Shown here in pieces: positions 1 through 10,980 of a stretch of 64,000 nt of DNA; position 1 is the first letter of the stretch, and each line of letters opens with the position of its first letter. The notes under the pieces were generated by a model that worked only from the letters and a program-made list of their open reading frames with translations, did not search any database and was not told where the DNA came from. The translations under genes were made by a program, and so were the position numbers. Origin of the DNA: Octopus sinensis (taxonomy: Eukaryota); NCBI RefSeq assembly GCF_006345805.1, contig NC_043026.1:12131579-12195578 (forward strand), written 5' to 3'.

Positions 1-33
1 AAGAAAACATTTGAGTTGCCAAATCAGCTATTT

Positions 34-318
34 GTTCCTTCTCGAGCCACGCCTGGCTCATAAGGGCTGGTTTCCCAGTTTCCTTGGTGTATAGGTTCCC
101 CACCTGGACGGGGCACCGGTCCGTCGCAGGTGAGCTGCAAGATGCAGGAGGAAAGAGTGAGAGAAAGTTGTGGCGAAAGAGTCAGCAGAAGTTCGCCATT
201 ACCTTCTGCCAGACCCACGTGGAGCTTAGGTGTTTCGCTCATAAACACACACATCGCCCGGTCTGAGATTTGAACCCGCGAGTCCGCTGCTCTAACCACT
301 AGGTCATGTGCCTCCACA
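34..318 (-). mobile_element. tRNA-derived SINE (family D) with RTE-like tail
   Basis: Minus strand starts GTGGAGGCACATGACCTAGTGGTTAGAGC (A box) and GGGTTCAAATC (B box); ends ...TTATGAGCCAGGCGTGGCTCGAGAAGGAACAA. Confidence 0.6.
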
Positions 319-330
319 GCTATTACACTA

Positions 331-938
331 TACTCTTTACTCTTTTACTTGTTTCAGTCATTTGACTGCGGCCATGCTGGAGCACCGCCTTCTAGTCGAG
401 TAAATCGATCCCAGGACTTATTCTTTGTAAGCCTAGTACTTATTCTATCAGTCTCTTTTGCTGAACCGCTAAGTTACGGGACATAAACACACCACCATCG
501 GTGGTGGGGGGGACAAACACAGACACACAAACATATACATACATACTTCGCCATGTTGAATCGCTAGCTTCTGCACGCATTTTTTTCTCTCCTTGTTTCT
601 CTCCGTGTTTCTTTTCTGTGTATCTTTCTGTTGAAGAGCGTAGGCTCGAAACGTAAAAGACTTGTTTTATTTATATTCCTGAGCGCCATACTAATAAAAT
701 TGTTTGTTTGTACTCCACCTGCCTTCGTCTTTTGTTTATTTTCATAAAGCTTCCCGTTATATATATACATATATACGACGGGCTTCTTCCAGTTTCCGTC
801 TACCAAATCCACTCACAAGGCTTTGGTCGGCCCAAGGCTATAGCAGAAGACACTTGCCCAAGGTGCTACGTAGTGGGAATGAACCCAGAACCATGTGGTT
901 GGTAAGCAAGCTACTTACCACACAGCCACTCCTGCGCC
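331..938 (-). mobile_element. tRNA-derived SINE family A, split by a Penelope-like terminal fragment (546-756)
   Basis: 5' half GGCGCAGGAGTGGCTGTGTGGTAAG...GGTTCA and 3' half ...GCTCCAGCATGGCCGCAGTCAAATGACTGAAACAAGTAAAAGAG match the other family A copies in the window. Confidence 0.85.
623..661 (+). ncRNA. Minimal type I hammerhead-like motif, CUGUNGA core variant
   Basis: TCTTT-CTGTTGA-A-GAGC(GTAG)GCTC-GAAA-CG-TA-AAAGA: stem I TCTTT/AAAGA, stem II GAGC/GCTC, palindromic ACGT at stem III. Confidence 0.5.
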
Positions 939-1498
939 TATCCAGACTAATTTCCTGTGATTGATGTATTGTGATTTCATTGACTGTTGAAATTTTTCTC
1001 TAGTGACGCATGGAAAACGGACGCTAAATGATGATGATGATGATATATATATATATATATATATATATGACAGACAGACATGTAGATATATAGTGAACAG
1101 ACACATGTGGTTAACTGTTACTCCAGTCTATACAAAATCAACCATATACTGGAATATTCTACCAACAGAAAACATATTTGTATGTTAAATTTATTCTTAA
1201 AGTTCTATAACCAGATATATATTGAAAGAAGGAGGGTGTAGAAAACACCACTGTTGGTGGTTTGTAAATTATAAAGAATGAGGAAATGTTTGTCCCAGGG
1301 TATGACATAATAGTATATGTGCATGTATGTGTGTAATACATATATTACACACCCAACTCACCCAACAAAAACTCACTACTTGAATGGACCATAAACAAAA
1401 CTTGACTTAAACAGGATTCAAATAATCCTATCAGGTGGTGCTATTAAGTAAGACATGACCTGGACCAATCTTTAGTCGAAACATATCTAAGTTTATAT

Positions 1499-1902
1499 GC
1501 AGGAGTGGCTGTGTGGTAAGTAGCTTGTTTACCAACCACATGGTTCTGGGTTCAGTCCCACTGTGTGGCACCTCGGGCAAGTGTCTTCTACTATAGCCTC
1601 GGGCTGACCAAAGCCTTGTGAGTGGATTTGGTAGACGGAAACTGAAAGAAGCCCGTCGTATATATGTATATATATATATATGCGTGTGTGTGTTTGTGTG
1701 TCTGTCTTTGTCCCCCTAGCATTGCTTGACAACCGATGCTGGTGTGTTTATGTCCCCGTTACTTAGCGGTTCGGCAAAAGAGACCGATAGAATAAGTACT
1801 GGGCTTACAAAAGAATAAGTCCCGGGCTCGAGTTGCTTGACTAAAGGCGGTGCTCCAGCATGGCCACAGTCAAATGACTGAAACAAGTAAAAGAGTAAAG
1901 AG
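1499..1902 (+). mobile_element. SINE family A
   Basis: Near full-length match to family A with the central (TA/TG)n tract. Confidence 0.9.
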
Positions 1903-2404
1903 TATACATACATACATATATATTTGTTTAAATATACAAATATATATGAAATATACACCCTAGCTTCCTAAAAAGAAATGAGAAAATGGATAATGTAGTC
2001 TTAGATATACTGTGCCTAAAGTTAAGATGTGATGGTCATGGTTGGAATGTCACAAGCTTGATGGATTTAAATAACAAAGACATCAACAATAATGACATCC
2101 ATGACTATGTGCAAGCAAAGTGTAACCGTTTTGTACAATGTCTCTGATATTGTATATTCTTGTGTTATTAAATAATCATTATGCCTGTGAGGGGGTGTGA
2201 ACTTTCTCTGTGATCAATAATCTAGTAATATGCTGATTTTTCTAAGTTTAACTTCTCATGTCAACACTGTATTCTCACTCACTGTAATTAGTCAACCCAA
2301 CTAGGTCCCAGCGTTGGATTGGTGACTACTTTGCTCTGGTGAAGCTTGATATAAACTTACCTGAAACTGCCTTTGACTCTACTATAAAAACCCCCTCGAC
2401 AGCG

Positions 2405-3121
2405 ATTTGCATTGGACAAAACAATCGCTAAAATTGCCAAGAAGGCTGAAGGTATCTTGGCATCACTCACCAAGTCCTTTGTGAGCCGCTCTCCGGCTAT
2501 CTATCTGCGGCTTTACATAGCTATGGTATGACCTCACCTGGAATTTGCATCACCAGTCTGGAACCCCTATCTTGCCCAGGATATTAATCCTCTGGAAGCT
2601 TTTCAGTGACGTGCAACCAAGAGAATACCCTCCATCAGGCATTTGCCATATTCTGAACACCTTACTTCCCTGGGCATGGACACATTGAAACTCCGACGTC
2701 TGGCAGCTGACTTGGCAGATACCCATAAAATTATTAACCATCTTACTAACAATAACTATCAGAACCTTTTCAAACTCCACCTGTCTAACACCCGTGGACA
2801 TGTTTACAAAGTCAGAAAACAGCACAGCTCCCATGACTTTTGGAAGGATTTTTTCACGCTAAGAGTTGCTGAAGCATGGAACAAACTGCGGGCATCAGTT
2901 GTTAGTTGTCGGAGCACTGCATCCTTCAAAACTTCCATGCTTCCTGAGATTTGCCAACACTACACCTGATTTTCTCCCCTCCATACACATGCAAGCATGT
3001 ATCTGACTTATACACTGTTCGCTTCCCAGACATTTGTACATTACTGCATATGCTTTATATACACTTTTGACAAGTTGTGGTGCACTTGAGCACTGTATAC
3101 AATAATTTCATTATTATTATT
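2405..3121 (+). mobile_element. CR1/L2-type LINE 3' fragment (family 1)
   Basis: ORF 2643-2969 LKLRRLAADL...TRGHVYKVRKQ...FFTLRVAEAWNKL is a typical CR1/L2 ORF2 C-terminus; 3' UTR ends in (ATT)n. Confidence 0.85.
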
Positions 3122-3254
3122 TTAAAGTGATCTAAGTTAAAACCTGTCAAAATTTCATGTAAATATATTTTTCAAACAACAGCGAAATAAAGTCAGTTAT
3201 TTTACTAAATGTTTCATTATTATCAAAATTAATTGAAATAAAGGCATTATATTT

Positions 3255-3550
3255 TTAATTTGCCAGCCTCGTCTGGCACCTGTGCAGGTGGCACGTAGAA
3301 AGCACTCACTACACTCGCGGAGTGGTGACACATAAAAAGCACCATCCAATCATGGCCGTTGCCAGCCTCGCCTGGCACATAAAAAGCACCCACTACACTC
3401 ACGGAGTGGTTGGCGTTGGGAAGGACATCCAGCTGTAGAAACACTGCCAGATCAGACTGGAGCCTGGCGCAGCTTCCTGGCATCCCAGACCCCAGTCAAA
3501 CCATCCAACCTGTGCTAGCATGGAAAACGGACATTAAACGATGATGATGA
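3255..3550 (+). mobile_element. RTE-tail non-autonomous retroelement (family C)
   Basis: GGTTGGCGTT.GGAAGG.CATCCAGCTGTAGAAAC...GCATGGAAAACGGAC.TTAAACGATGATGATG tail. Confidence 0.7.
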
Positions 3551-3617
3551 GTGAAATAAAGTCAGTTATTTTAATAAATGTTTCATTATTATCAAAATTA
3601 ATTGAAATAAAGGCATT

Positions 3618-3975
3618 GTGACTGTGTGGTAAGTAGCTTGCTTACCAACCACATTATTCCGGGTTCAGTTCCACTGCGTGGCACCTTGGGCAAGTGTCTT
3701 CTACTATAGACTCGGGCCAACCAAAGCCTTGTGAGTGGATTTGGTAGACGGAAACTGAAAGAAGCCTATCGTATATATGTGTGCGTGTATGCTTGTGTGT
3801 CTGTGTCTGTCCCCCTAGCATTGTAGGTGTGTTTATGTCCCCGTCACTTAGCAGTTCGGCAAAAGAGACCGATAGAATAAGTACTGGGCTTACAAAGAAT
3901 AAGTCTCGGGGTCGAGTTGTCCACTAAAGGCGGTGCTCCAGCATGGCTGCAGTCAAATGACTGAAACAAGTAACA
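3618..3975 (+). mobile_element. SINE family A, 5' truncated
   Basis: Body and tail match family A. Confidence 0.85.
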
Positions 3976-4206
3976 GAGAGAGAATGGTAACAATAAAGTT
4001 AAATAAACAAAAATTCCAAGAACCCATTTCCAGCTGTAGATGTTAGGATGTGTACTTTCCTGTTGCAAATGTAATAAGCTGGTCAGGGACTGACGAAAGC
4101 CTCCCTTTTTAACCCATCAGAATCTGAACTCAGTGCTGAGGCAAGAACAAATGATGTGAAATCAAGCATAATAAAAATTATAAATCAAGAAATTGTTATA
4201 CTTCGC

Positions 4207-4862
4207 AATGGTCATTTTGCCAGTTTAGCCAATAAAAACACACGCACTATATATTTGGTGTTATTTTGCTTCAGTGTTATTCATTTTTTACATTTTTCAC
4301 GCTAAGAGTTGCTGAAGCATGGAACAGACTGCCGGCATCAGTTGTTAGTTGTCAGAGCACTGCATCCTTCAAAACTTCCATGCTTCCTGAGATTCGCCAA
4401 CACTACACCTGATTTTCTCCCCTCCATACACACACAAGCATGTATCTGACTCATACACTGTTCACTTCCCAGACATTCATACATTACTGCATATGCAGAC
4501 ACCCATGAAATTATTAATCATCTTATTAACAATAACTCTGAGCACCTTTTCAAACTCCACCCGTCTAGCACCCATGGACATGTTTACAAAGTCAGAAAAC
4601 AGCACAGCTCCCATGACTTTAGGAAACATTTTTTCATGCTGAGAGTTGCTGAAGCATGGAACAAACTGCTGGCATCAGTTGTTAGTTGTCGGAGCACTGC
4701 ATCCTTCAAAACTTCCATGCTTCCTGAGATTCGCCAACACTACACCTGATTTTCTCCCCTCCATACACATGCATTAATGTAAAAATAAATAACACTGAAG
4801 CAAAATTACACCAAATATATAGTGCGTGTGTTTTTATTGGCTAAACTGGCAAAATGACCATT
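4207..4862. repeat. 87-bp inverted repeat (4207-4293 / 4776-4862) enclosing tandem CR1 3' fragments
   Basis: AATGGTCATTTTGCCAGTTTAGCCAATAAAAACACACGCACTATATATTTGGTG... and its reverse complement; the loop is CR1 family 1 sequence. Confidence 0.85.
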
Positions 4863-4939
4863 CCGAAATACAACAATATCTGTTTCAACACACGACTTCA
4901 CATAAAAAATCTTGCACAACAAATATATAAACGTATAAA

Positions 4940-5345
4940 GGCGCAGGAGTGGCTGTGTGGTAAGTAGCTTGCTTACCAACCACATGGTTCCGGGTTCAGT
5001 CCCACTGCGTGGCATCTTGGGCAAGTATCTTCTGCTATAGCGTCGGGCCGACCAATGCCTTGTGAGTGGATTTGGTAGACGGAAACTGAAAGAAGCCTGT
5101 CATATATATGTATATATATATATATATATGCATGTTTGTGTCTGTGTTTGTCCCCCTAGCATTGCTTGACCACCAATGCTGGTGTGTTTACGTCACTTAG
5201 TGGTTCGGCAAAAGAGACCAATAGAATAAGTACTGGGCTTACAAAGAATAAGTCCCGGGGTCGAGTTGCTCGACTAAAGGCGGTGCTCCAGCATGGCCGC
5301 AGTCAAATGACTGAAACAAGTAAAAGAGTAAAAGAGAGTAAGAGT
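4940..5345 (+). mobile_element. SINE family A
   Basis: Full-length match to family A. Confidence 0.9.
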
Positions 5346-5609
5346 ATAAATCAAGAAAATTTTCGATAAACTGACTCAATATTTTACATGTATATTTATT
5401 TACACACTCACACACCACCAGCACTACCACCACCACCACCACCGCCCATACATAAGCAAATATACGTGTATATTCATGAATAGGCTTTGAAGAACAAAAA
5501 GACAGGTGAAATATTCTTTACTACTCTAGGCACAAGGCCCGAAATTTTAGGGGAAAGAGCCAGTTGATTAGATCGACCCAGTACGCAACTGGTACTTAAT
5601 TTATCGTAA

Positions 5610-6030
5610 GGCGGCGAGCTGGCAGAATCGTTAGCACGCCGGGCGAAATGTTTAGCGGTATTTCGTCTGCCGCTACGTTCTGAGTTGGAATTCCGCCAAG
5701 GTCGACTTTACCTTTCATCCTTTCGGGGTCGATAAATTAAGTACCAGTTACACACTGGGGTCGATATAATCGACTTAATCCGTTTGTGTCCTTGTTTGTC
5801 CTCTCTATGTTTAACCCCTTGTGGGTAGTAAACAAATAGGTATTTCGTCTGCCGCTACGTTCTGAGTTCAAATTCTGCCGAGGTCGACTTTACCTTTCAT
5901 CCTTTCGAGGTCGATAAATTAAGTACCAGTTATGCACTAGGGTCGATATAATCGACTTAATCCGTTTGTCTGTCCTTGTTTGTCCCCTCTATGTTTAGCC
6001 CCTTGTGGGCAGTAAAGAAATAGGTACTTA
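5610..6030 (+). mobile_element. tRNA-derived SINE family B with a tandem internal unit
   Basis: GGCGGCGAGCTGGCAGAATCG (A box) ... GAGTTCAAATTC (B box) ... GTCGACTTT.CCTTTCATCCTTTCGGGGTCGATAAATTAAGTACCAG; the body repeats after AAATAGGTAT. Confidence 0.85.
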
Positions 6031-6164
6031 ATTTATCGACCCCGAAAGGATGAAAGGCAAAGTCGACCTCGGCGGAATTTGAACTCAGGACCTGAAGACA
6101 GACGAAATACCAATTTCTTTATTTCCCACCGGGGGCCAAACATAGAAATGGACAGAACAACTGA

Positions 6165-8636
6165 TGGAATCAGTAAAGCGATATGATCGACTTGCCAACC
6201 CAGTTGCAGAGCTGCAAGCCGACCGACTTTTCCCGGTTAATCTTTGCTCCTGCCACCTCTTCGTAAACCTCAATAGTATTACCCACTTCGTTAGGCGTGC
6301 TACCAAGGTTACGCTGATAGTGATATCATCCGCGAAAGCCATAAAACACTCCTCTAGACCTGGTTCTCTCGGGATGCCACTCAACCTTTGCAGTAGGTGC
6401 TCGAGAGCCATCACATACAAAAGCGGTGAGAGCGGACATCCTTGACGAACCGAGTGTCTGATGCAGAACGGCTTCGAAAGGAAACCGTTCACCCGAACTA
6501 TCGAGTCAATGTTGTGGTACAAAGCGATAAACCACCTGAGGAAGCCAAGGCCTAGACCAAACCGCGCAAGCACAGTCGCCAGGTATCGATGGTCAACCCT
6601 ATCAAAAACTTTAGACTGCTCCAAAATGCACCAATGCCCCACCTTTGCCAGATTTATTACCAACCCTCTCTATGGTATAGCGGATTAGATGGAGGGCATC
6701 CTGAATGGTTCTGCCTGGGATGGCACATGTTTGTGCCTCCTCTATTATATCTATTTCTTTATTACCCACAAGGGGCTGAACATAGAGGGGACAAACAAGG
6801 ACAGACATAGGTATTAAGTCGATTATATCGACCTCAGTGCTTAACTGGTACTTAATTTATCGACCCCGAAAGGATGAAAGGCAAAGTCGACCTCGGCGGA
6901 ATTTGAACTCACAACGTAACGGCAGACGAAATACCGCTAAGCATTTCGCCCGACGTGCTAACGATTCTGCTAGCTCGCCGCCTTCTTTGCTAGCTCTTCT
7001 GCTAGCTCGCCGCCTCCTCTATTATACCATTCGCGACACGCGCCACCTTTTTGCTAAGACCTTAGCCAAAATCTTCACTTCTGCGTTTAACAGAGTGATG
7101 GGCCTGAAATTCTCTATAACGTCCCCCTTGTCTGGGTCCTTTCTGACCAACGTCACTACTCCCCGGCGCACAGATCTGGGGATAAACCCATTCTGTTTCC
7201 AGTTCGCGTACACGTCAGCCAGTAGTTGCCCGAACAAGTCTGGCATACATTTATACAGCTCGTACGGAAGACCATCAAGTCCCGGCGACTTACCTGCTTT
7301 ACAGTCGGCCAAAGCCTCCATCACCTCCACAGGCGTGATTGGCCCTTCGCAAGACTCCGCATCCCCAAGAGACACGGCAGCCTGGCAAGAAAGTCCTCGA
7401 GGGCTCTCTCACCACCTCCGAACAGCTGGGTGAAATACTCCCAAAAGGCCTCACACATTTTCTCGGGTTCGTTTACCAAGACACCATTTTGATTCGTCAA
7501 AGACCGAATAGAGGAACTATTTCCTTGCCGAGCTTCCACCGCTTGGGCCCATCCAGCGGCTTTGATTCCTTCACTTCCCATTGCACGTAACTTATCTCTG
7601 GTAATACTTCCCATGTGGTGGGCTTCAAGATGCTGGTTTAACTCCAGTCTTTTCACCCTCGCTTGGTCTGTATTACCAGTCCTCCAGGCTTCTTCTAGTC
7701 CCTTAACTAGACCATCTCCTATTCTACGTCCCTTCTTAGCTAAACTTATGCTAAACCTAATAGACTCATATTTGATGGCTCTTTTTAGGGCGTACCACCA
7801 TTTGTTATTAATGATGGTACATGTTAATGCCCTCTGTATTAACATCTTGATCCGCTTTCTGTACTCCTCAATCGCCAAAAGGGACGTATTGAGTTTCCGG
7901 TAGCCAGATCCTTGACTATCCAACTTATCTACCGTCAGTTTACAGGTAACCATCTTGTGGTCACTGTAGCTGACTAAAAAAAAAAAAACTGTGGAGACTC
8001 GGCCATGGACTTATCTGTTTCTCTAATTAAAATCAAGTCTAGGTATGTTCTGGAAGACCCGTCACTATTTGACCACGCCCACTGTGGAGTGTTCGGGTGT
8101 TCCAACCTATATGGATCTGCTAGCTGAAATTGACTTCGCAGATCCTGTAAGCCTGGGTTACATTTTTTGTTCATGTTCGAGCCAACACAATCTGTGTGTG
8201 CTTCATATATTGTGTTAAAGTCTCCTAACAATACTAGCGAATGCGACGTGGCTAGAAACTTGCCCAAGTCTCGAAAATATTCATTTTGCGGGCCCATAAT
8301 GTTGGGTGCATAAATAGCGATTAGCCTGATTATCTTGCCACAACTGAATGACAGGCCAAGAACGACCAACCTGCCTTCTGGGTCAGAAAAAAACCCAACT
8401 TTTTCTTGGCTCCCCGGTTTCTTTTTAGTAGTACCAACACCCCAGCCCCACCTCCCGCCCAACTCGGAGAAACGTATTTCTCGTAGCCGTTCAGGAGGGG
8501 GAGCAGATCTCTTGGGCCCTTCATTCGGGTTTCCGTTGCAACAATTACATCCAAATTTCTCGACCTGATGTCATTTAGGAAGCGCCCTTGCCTCCAGCTC
8601 GACATCAGGCCACGAACATTTACACAACCAATGTTA
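6165..8636 (-). pseudogene. L1/Tx1-type LINE ORF2 (APE endonuclease + reverse transcriptase), frameshifted
   Basis: APE motifs NIGCVNVRGL, VATET, IYAPN, LLGDFN, YLDLI; RT motifs KSPGLDGLPYELYK, FRPITLLNAEVKILAKVLAKR, VRQGCPLSPLLY, AFADDIT, spread over ORFs 8330-8605, 7974-8462, 7321-7953, 7022-7375, 6611-6808 and 6085-6663. Confidence 0.92.
6750..7011 (-). mobile_element. SINE family B inserted into the L1 RT with a 15-bp TSD
   Basis: GCCTCCTCTATTATA at 6735-6749 and 7012-7026 flanks the insert; the RT reading resumes across it (LAKR...IIEEAQTCAIPGR). Confidence 0.9.
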
Positions 8637-9055
8637 AGTTAAGTTAAGTTAAGTTTTTGGCTCAAAAAGCAAAAAGCAAGGCCATGTAGGGGGACATGGA
8701 GTTATGTACAGGGTGGTGTTCATGCAAAGAGTTCAGGCCATTTCTGGTCAAGAGAGACTTTGAACGGAGCGGTCGTCGGCATCTTCACCATCTCGTCCGG
8801 CAGCTTATTCCACGGATCCGCAACCTGGACGGAGAAAGCCCCTCTCCTTCGATTGAGATGAAATCGTCGCAGATAGAGCTTTTCGGAGTGACCCCGCAGC
8901 CGCCGCTCTGGAGCACGAGTGAAGAACAGCTCTTTCGAAAGGGTTACACTTTCCGCTTATGATGTTGTGAGCAAGAATGAGATCACCACGGCGTGAATAG
9001 ACATGAATTACCTGTTAATCAGGGCTGTCCGGTGGAGAGGGACCCTCTACCTTTT
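8637..9055 (-). mobile_element. CR1/L2-type LINE 3' fragment (family 2)
   Basis: Minus-strand translation RLRGHSEKLYLRRFHLNRRRGAFSVQVADPWNKLPDEMVKMPTTAPFKVSLDQKWPELF; tail (CTTAA)n. Shorter copies at 16076-16215 and 20449-20632. Confidence 0.75.
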
Positions 9056-9221
9056 CTTGATACAGGGTCGGAGGTGCAGGTCTTGGGAAACAGATTTGTT
9101 AAAATCCCGTCTCATTACCGACACAGAATTATTTAACCGATATGAGTTAAAATTCCGCCGAGGTCAATGTAATCGACTTGTTCCCTCCCGCAAATTTCAG
9201 GCCTTGCGCCTATAGTAGAAA

Positions 9222-9224
9222 TTA

Positions 9225-9264
<40 letters not shown>

Positions 9265-9334
9265 TTATTATTATTATTATTATTATTTTTTAATTATTAT
9301 TATTATTATTATTTTTTTTTTATTATTATTATTA

Positions 9335-9365
<31 letters not shown>

Positions 9366-9383
9366 TTTTTTTTATTATTATTA

Positions 9384-9414
<31 letters not shown>

Positions 9415-9491
9415 TTTTTTTTATTATTATTATTATTTATTATTATTATTATTATTATTTTTATTTTTTTTATTTTTTTTTATTATTATTA

Positions 9492-9574
<83 letters not shown>

Positions 9575-9727
9575 TTTTTATTATTATTATTATTATTATT
9601 TTATTATTATTATTATTATATATTATTATTTTTTATTATTATATTATTATTATTATTATTTTTTATTATTATTATTATTATTTTTTTTTATTATTATTAT
9701 TTTATTATTATTATTATTATTATTATC

Positions 9728-9810
<83 letters not shown>

Positions 9811-9841
9811 TATTATTATTATATTATTATTATTATTATTT
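9222..9841. repeat. (ATT)n microsatellite, about 620 bp, with poly-T interruptions
   Basis: Read directly. Confidence 0.97.
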
Positions 9842-9842
9842 A

Positions 9843-9990
9843 GAATGGTTGTATACTGTCAATATAACAAGAACGTGACAGTAGGGGGTACACCACCGTT
9901 GTATAGCCCTGGAGGCATCGAACGCCTCCTGACAGCTTCGACACATTTTTTCCCTGTGTCCTTATATACATATACGAAGAGGAGACATAT
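9843..9990. mobile_element. Terminal fragment of the repeat family that forms the 60612-61051 inverted repeat
   Basis: AATGGTTGTATACTGTCAAT.TAACAAGAACGTGACAGTAGG...CATATACGAAG.GGAGACA matches the arms at 60.6-61.05 kb. Confidence 0.75.
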
Positions 9991-10980
9991 TTACTTATTT
10001 GTTTAACATAGGATGGATATATTGGAAGAAGTAAATTTATACAATTAAAGGTGATTCTGTAAGTTAAATTACATTAGGGACTTTTAATCTAATTCACCGG
10101 TGTTATCCAAACGCGGGAAAATTGTCGACGTCACCGCCTACTTTGTATGTTTAATTAGTTGAGCTAATTTAATTGTGTAGTAATTATCTGATTTACATGT
10201 TTCATGATCTGTGTTCTGTCTTCTTCATGATTAAATATATCTTATTTCATCACAAACTACATTACATCGTATATTGATTGGTCCCTATTTTACAGGACGG
10301 GTTTTGATAATCTAGAAATTAGGGAATATCTATTCTGAATATCTTTGACTTTTTTCGGCTGAATTTCAAATTGAAAAGATTTTTTTTATTTGAATTACCA
10401 TCGCAACACACATTGTTGCTCTTTTCTTCTATTCGTGGGAAACAAATCCTATTTATTGGGACTACACTTATATGCACTTTCTGACAAGCACCTGAGCACT
10501 GTATACAATAATTTCATTATTATTTTTATGAGAATACATACACACTCATATACATACGTACATGTATATCGAGTCTCTATTATAAACACTCATATTCTGT
10601 CTCCCGACATCGGTTTTTTTCGCCGTAATGATTTTTGCTTTTCTCTTGTGATTATTACTGCATTACTATATCTCTTAAGATCGCTCCGATTTCACCAGGA
10701 CGTCCGTTTATGGACTGCTTATCCTTTAGACTGGGACAGCATCTTTTGACCATTTCTGGATTTCTTTGACATATACGTCGTTATTTCTACGGCAGTATAC
10801 GAAACACTTAGATAGGACCCGGTCGGCTACAAGCACTCTAATGGTGAGTTAAAAATGTATCTGCATGGCATATTTTTCATACATGTAAGCAAAGTTTCAT
10901 GCTATCCAAAACAAGAGACTCTACCATAATAGATTTTACTCAGACATTTCTCAGCTTTAACGAATTCTTCAGGAATCAAT

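Noticed and set aside
4940-5015. tRNA-like heads of SINE A, B and D
   Set aside because: A and B boxes are present but no complete cloverleaf, and each runs into a repeated SINE body; not called as tRNA genes.
9178-9843. 221-aa Ile/Leu/Tyr-rich ORF
   Set aside because: It is the translation of an (ATT)n microsatellite.
10840-10960. Possible short intron upstream of G1 (ATG|GTGAGT ... TTTCTCAG)
   Set aside because: The splice signals are plausible, but no paralogue or transcript support is available in the window.
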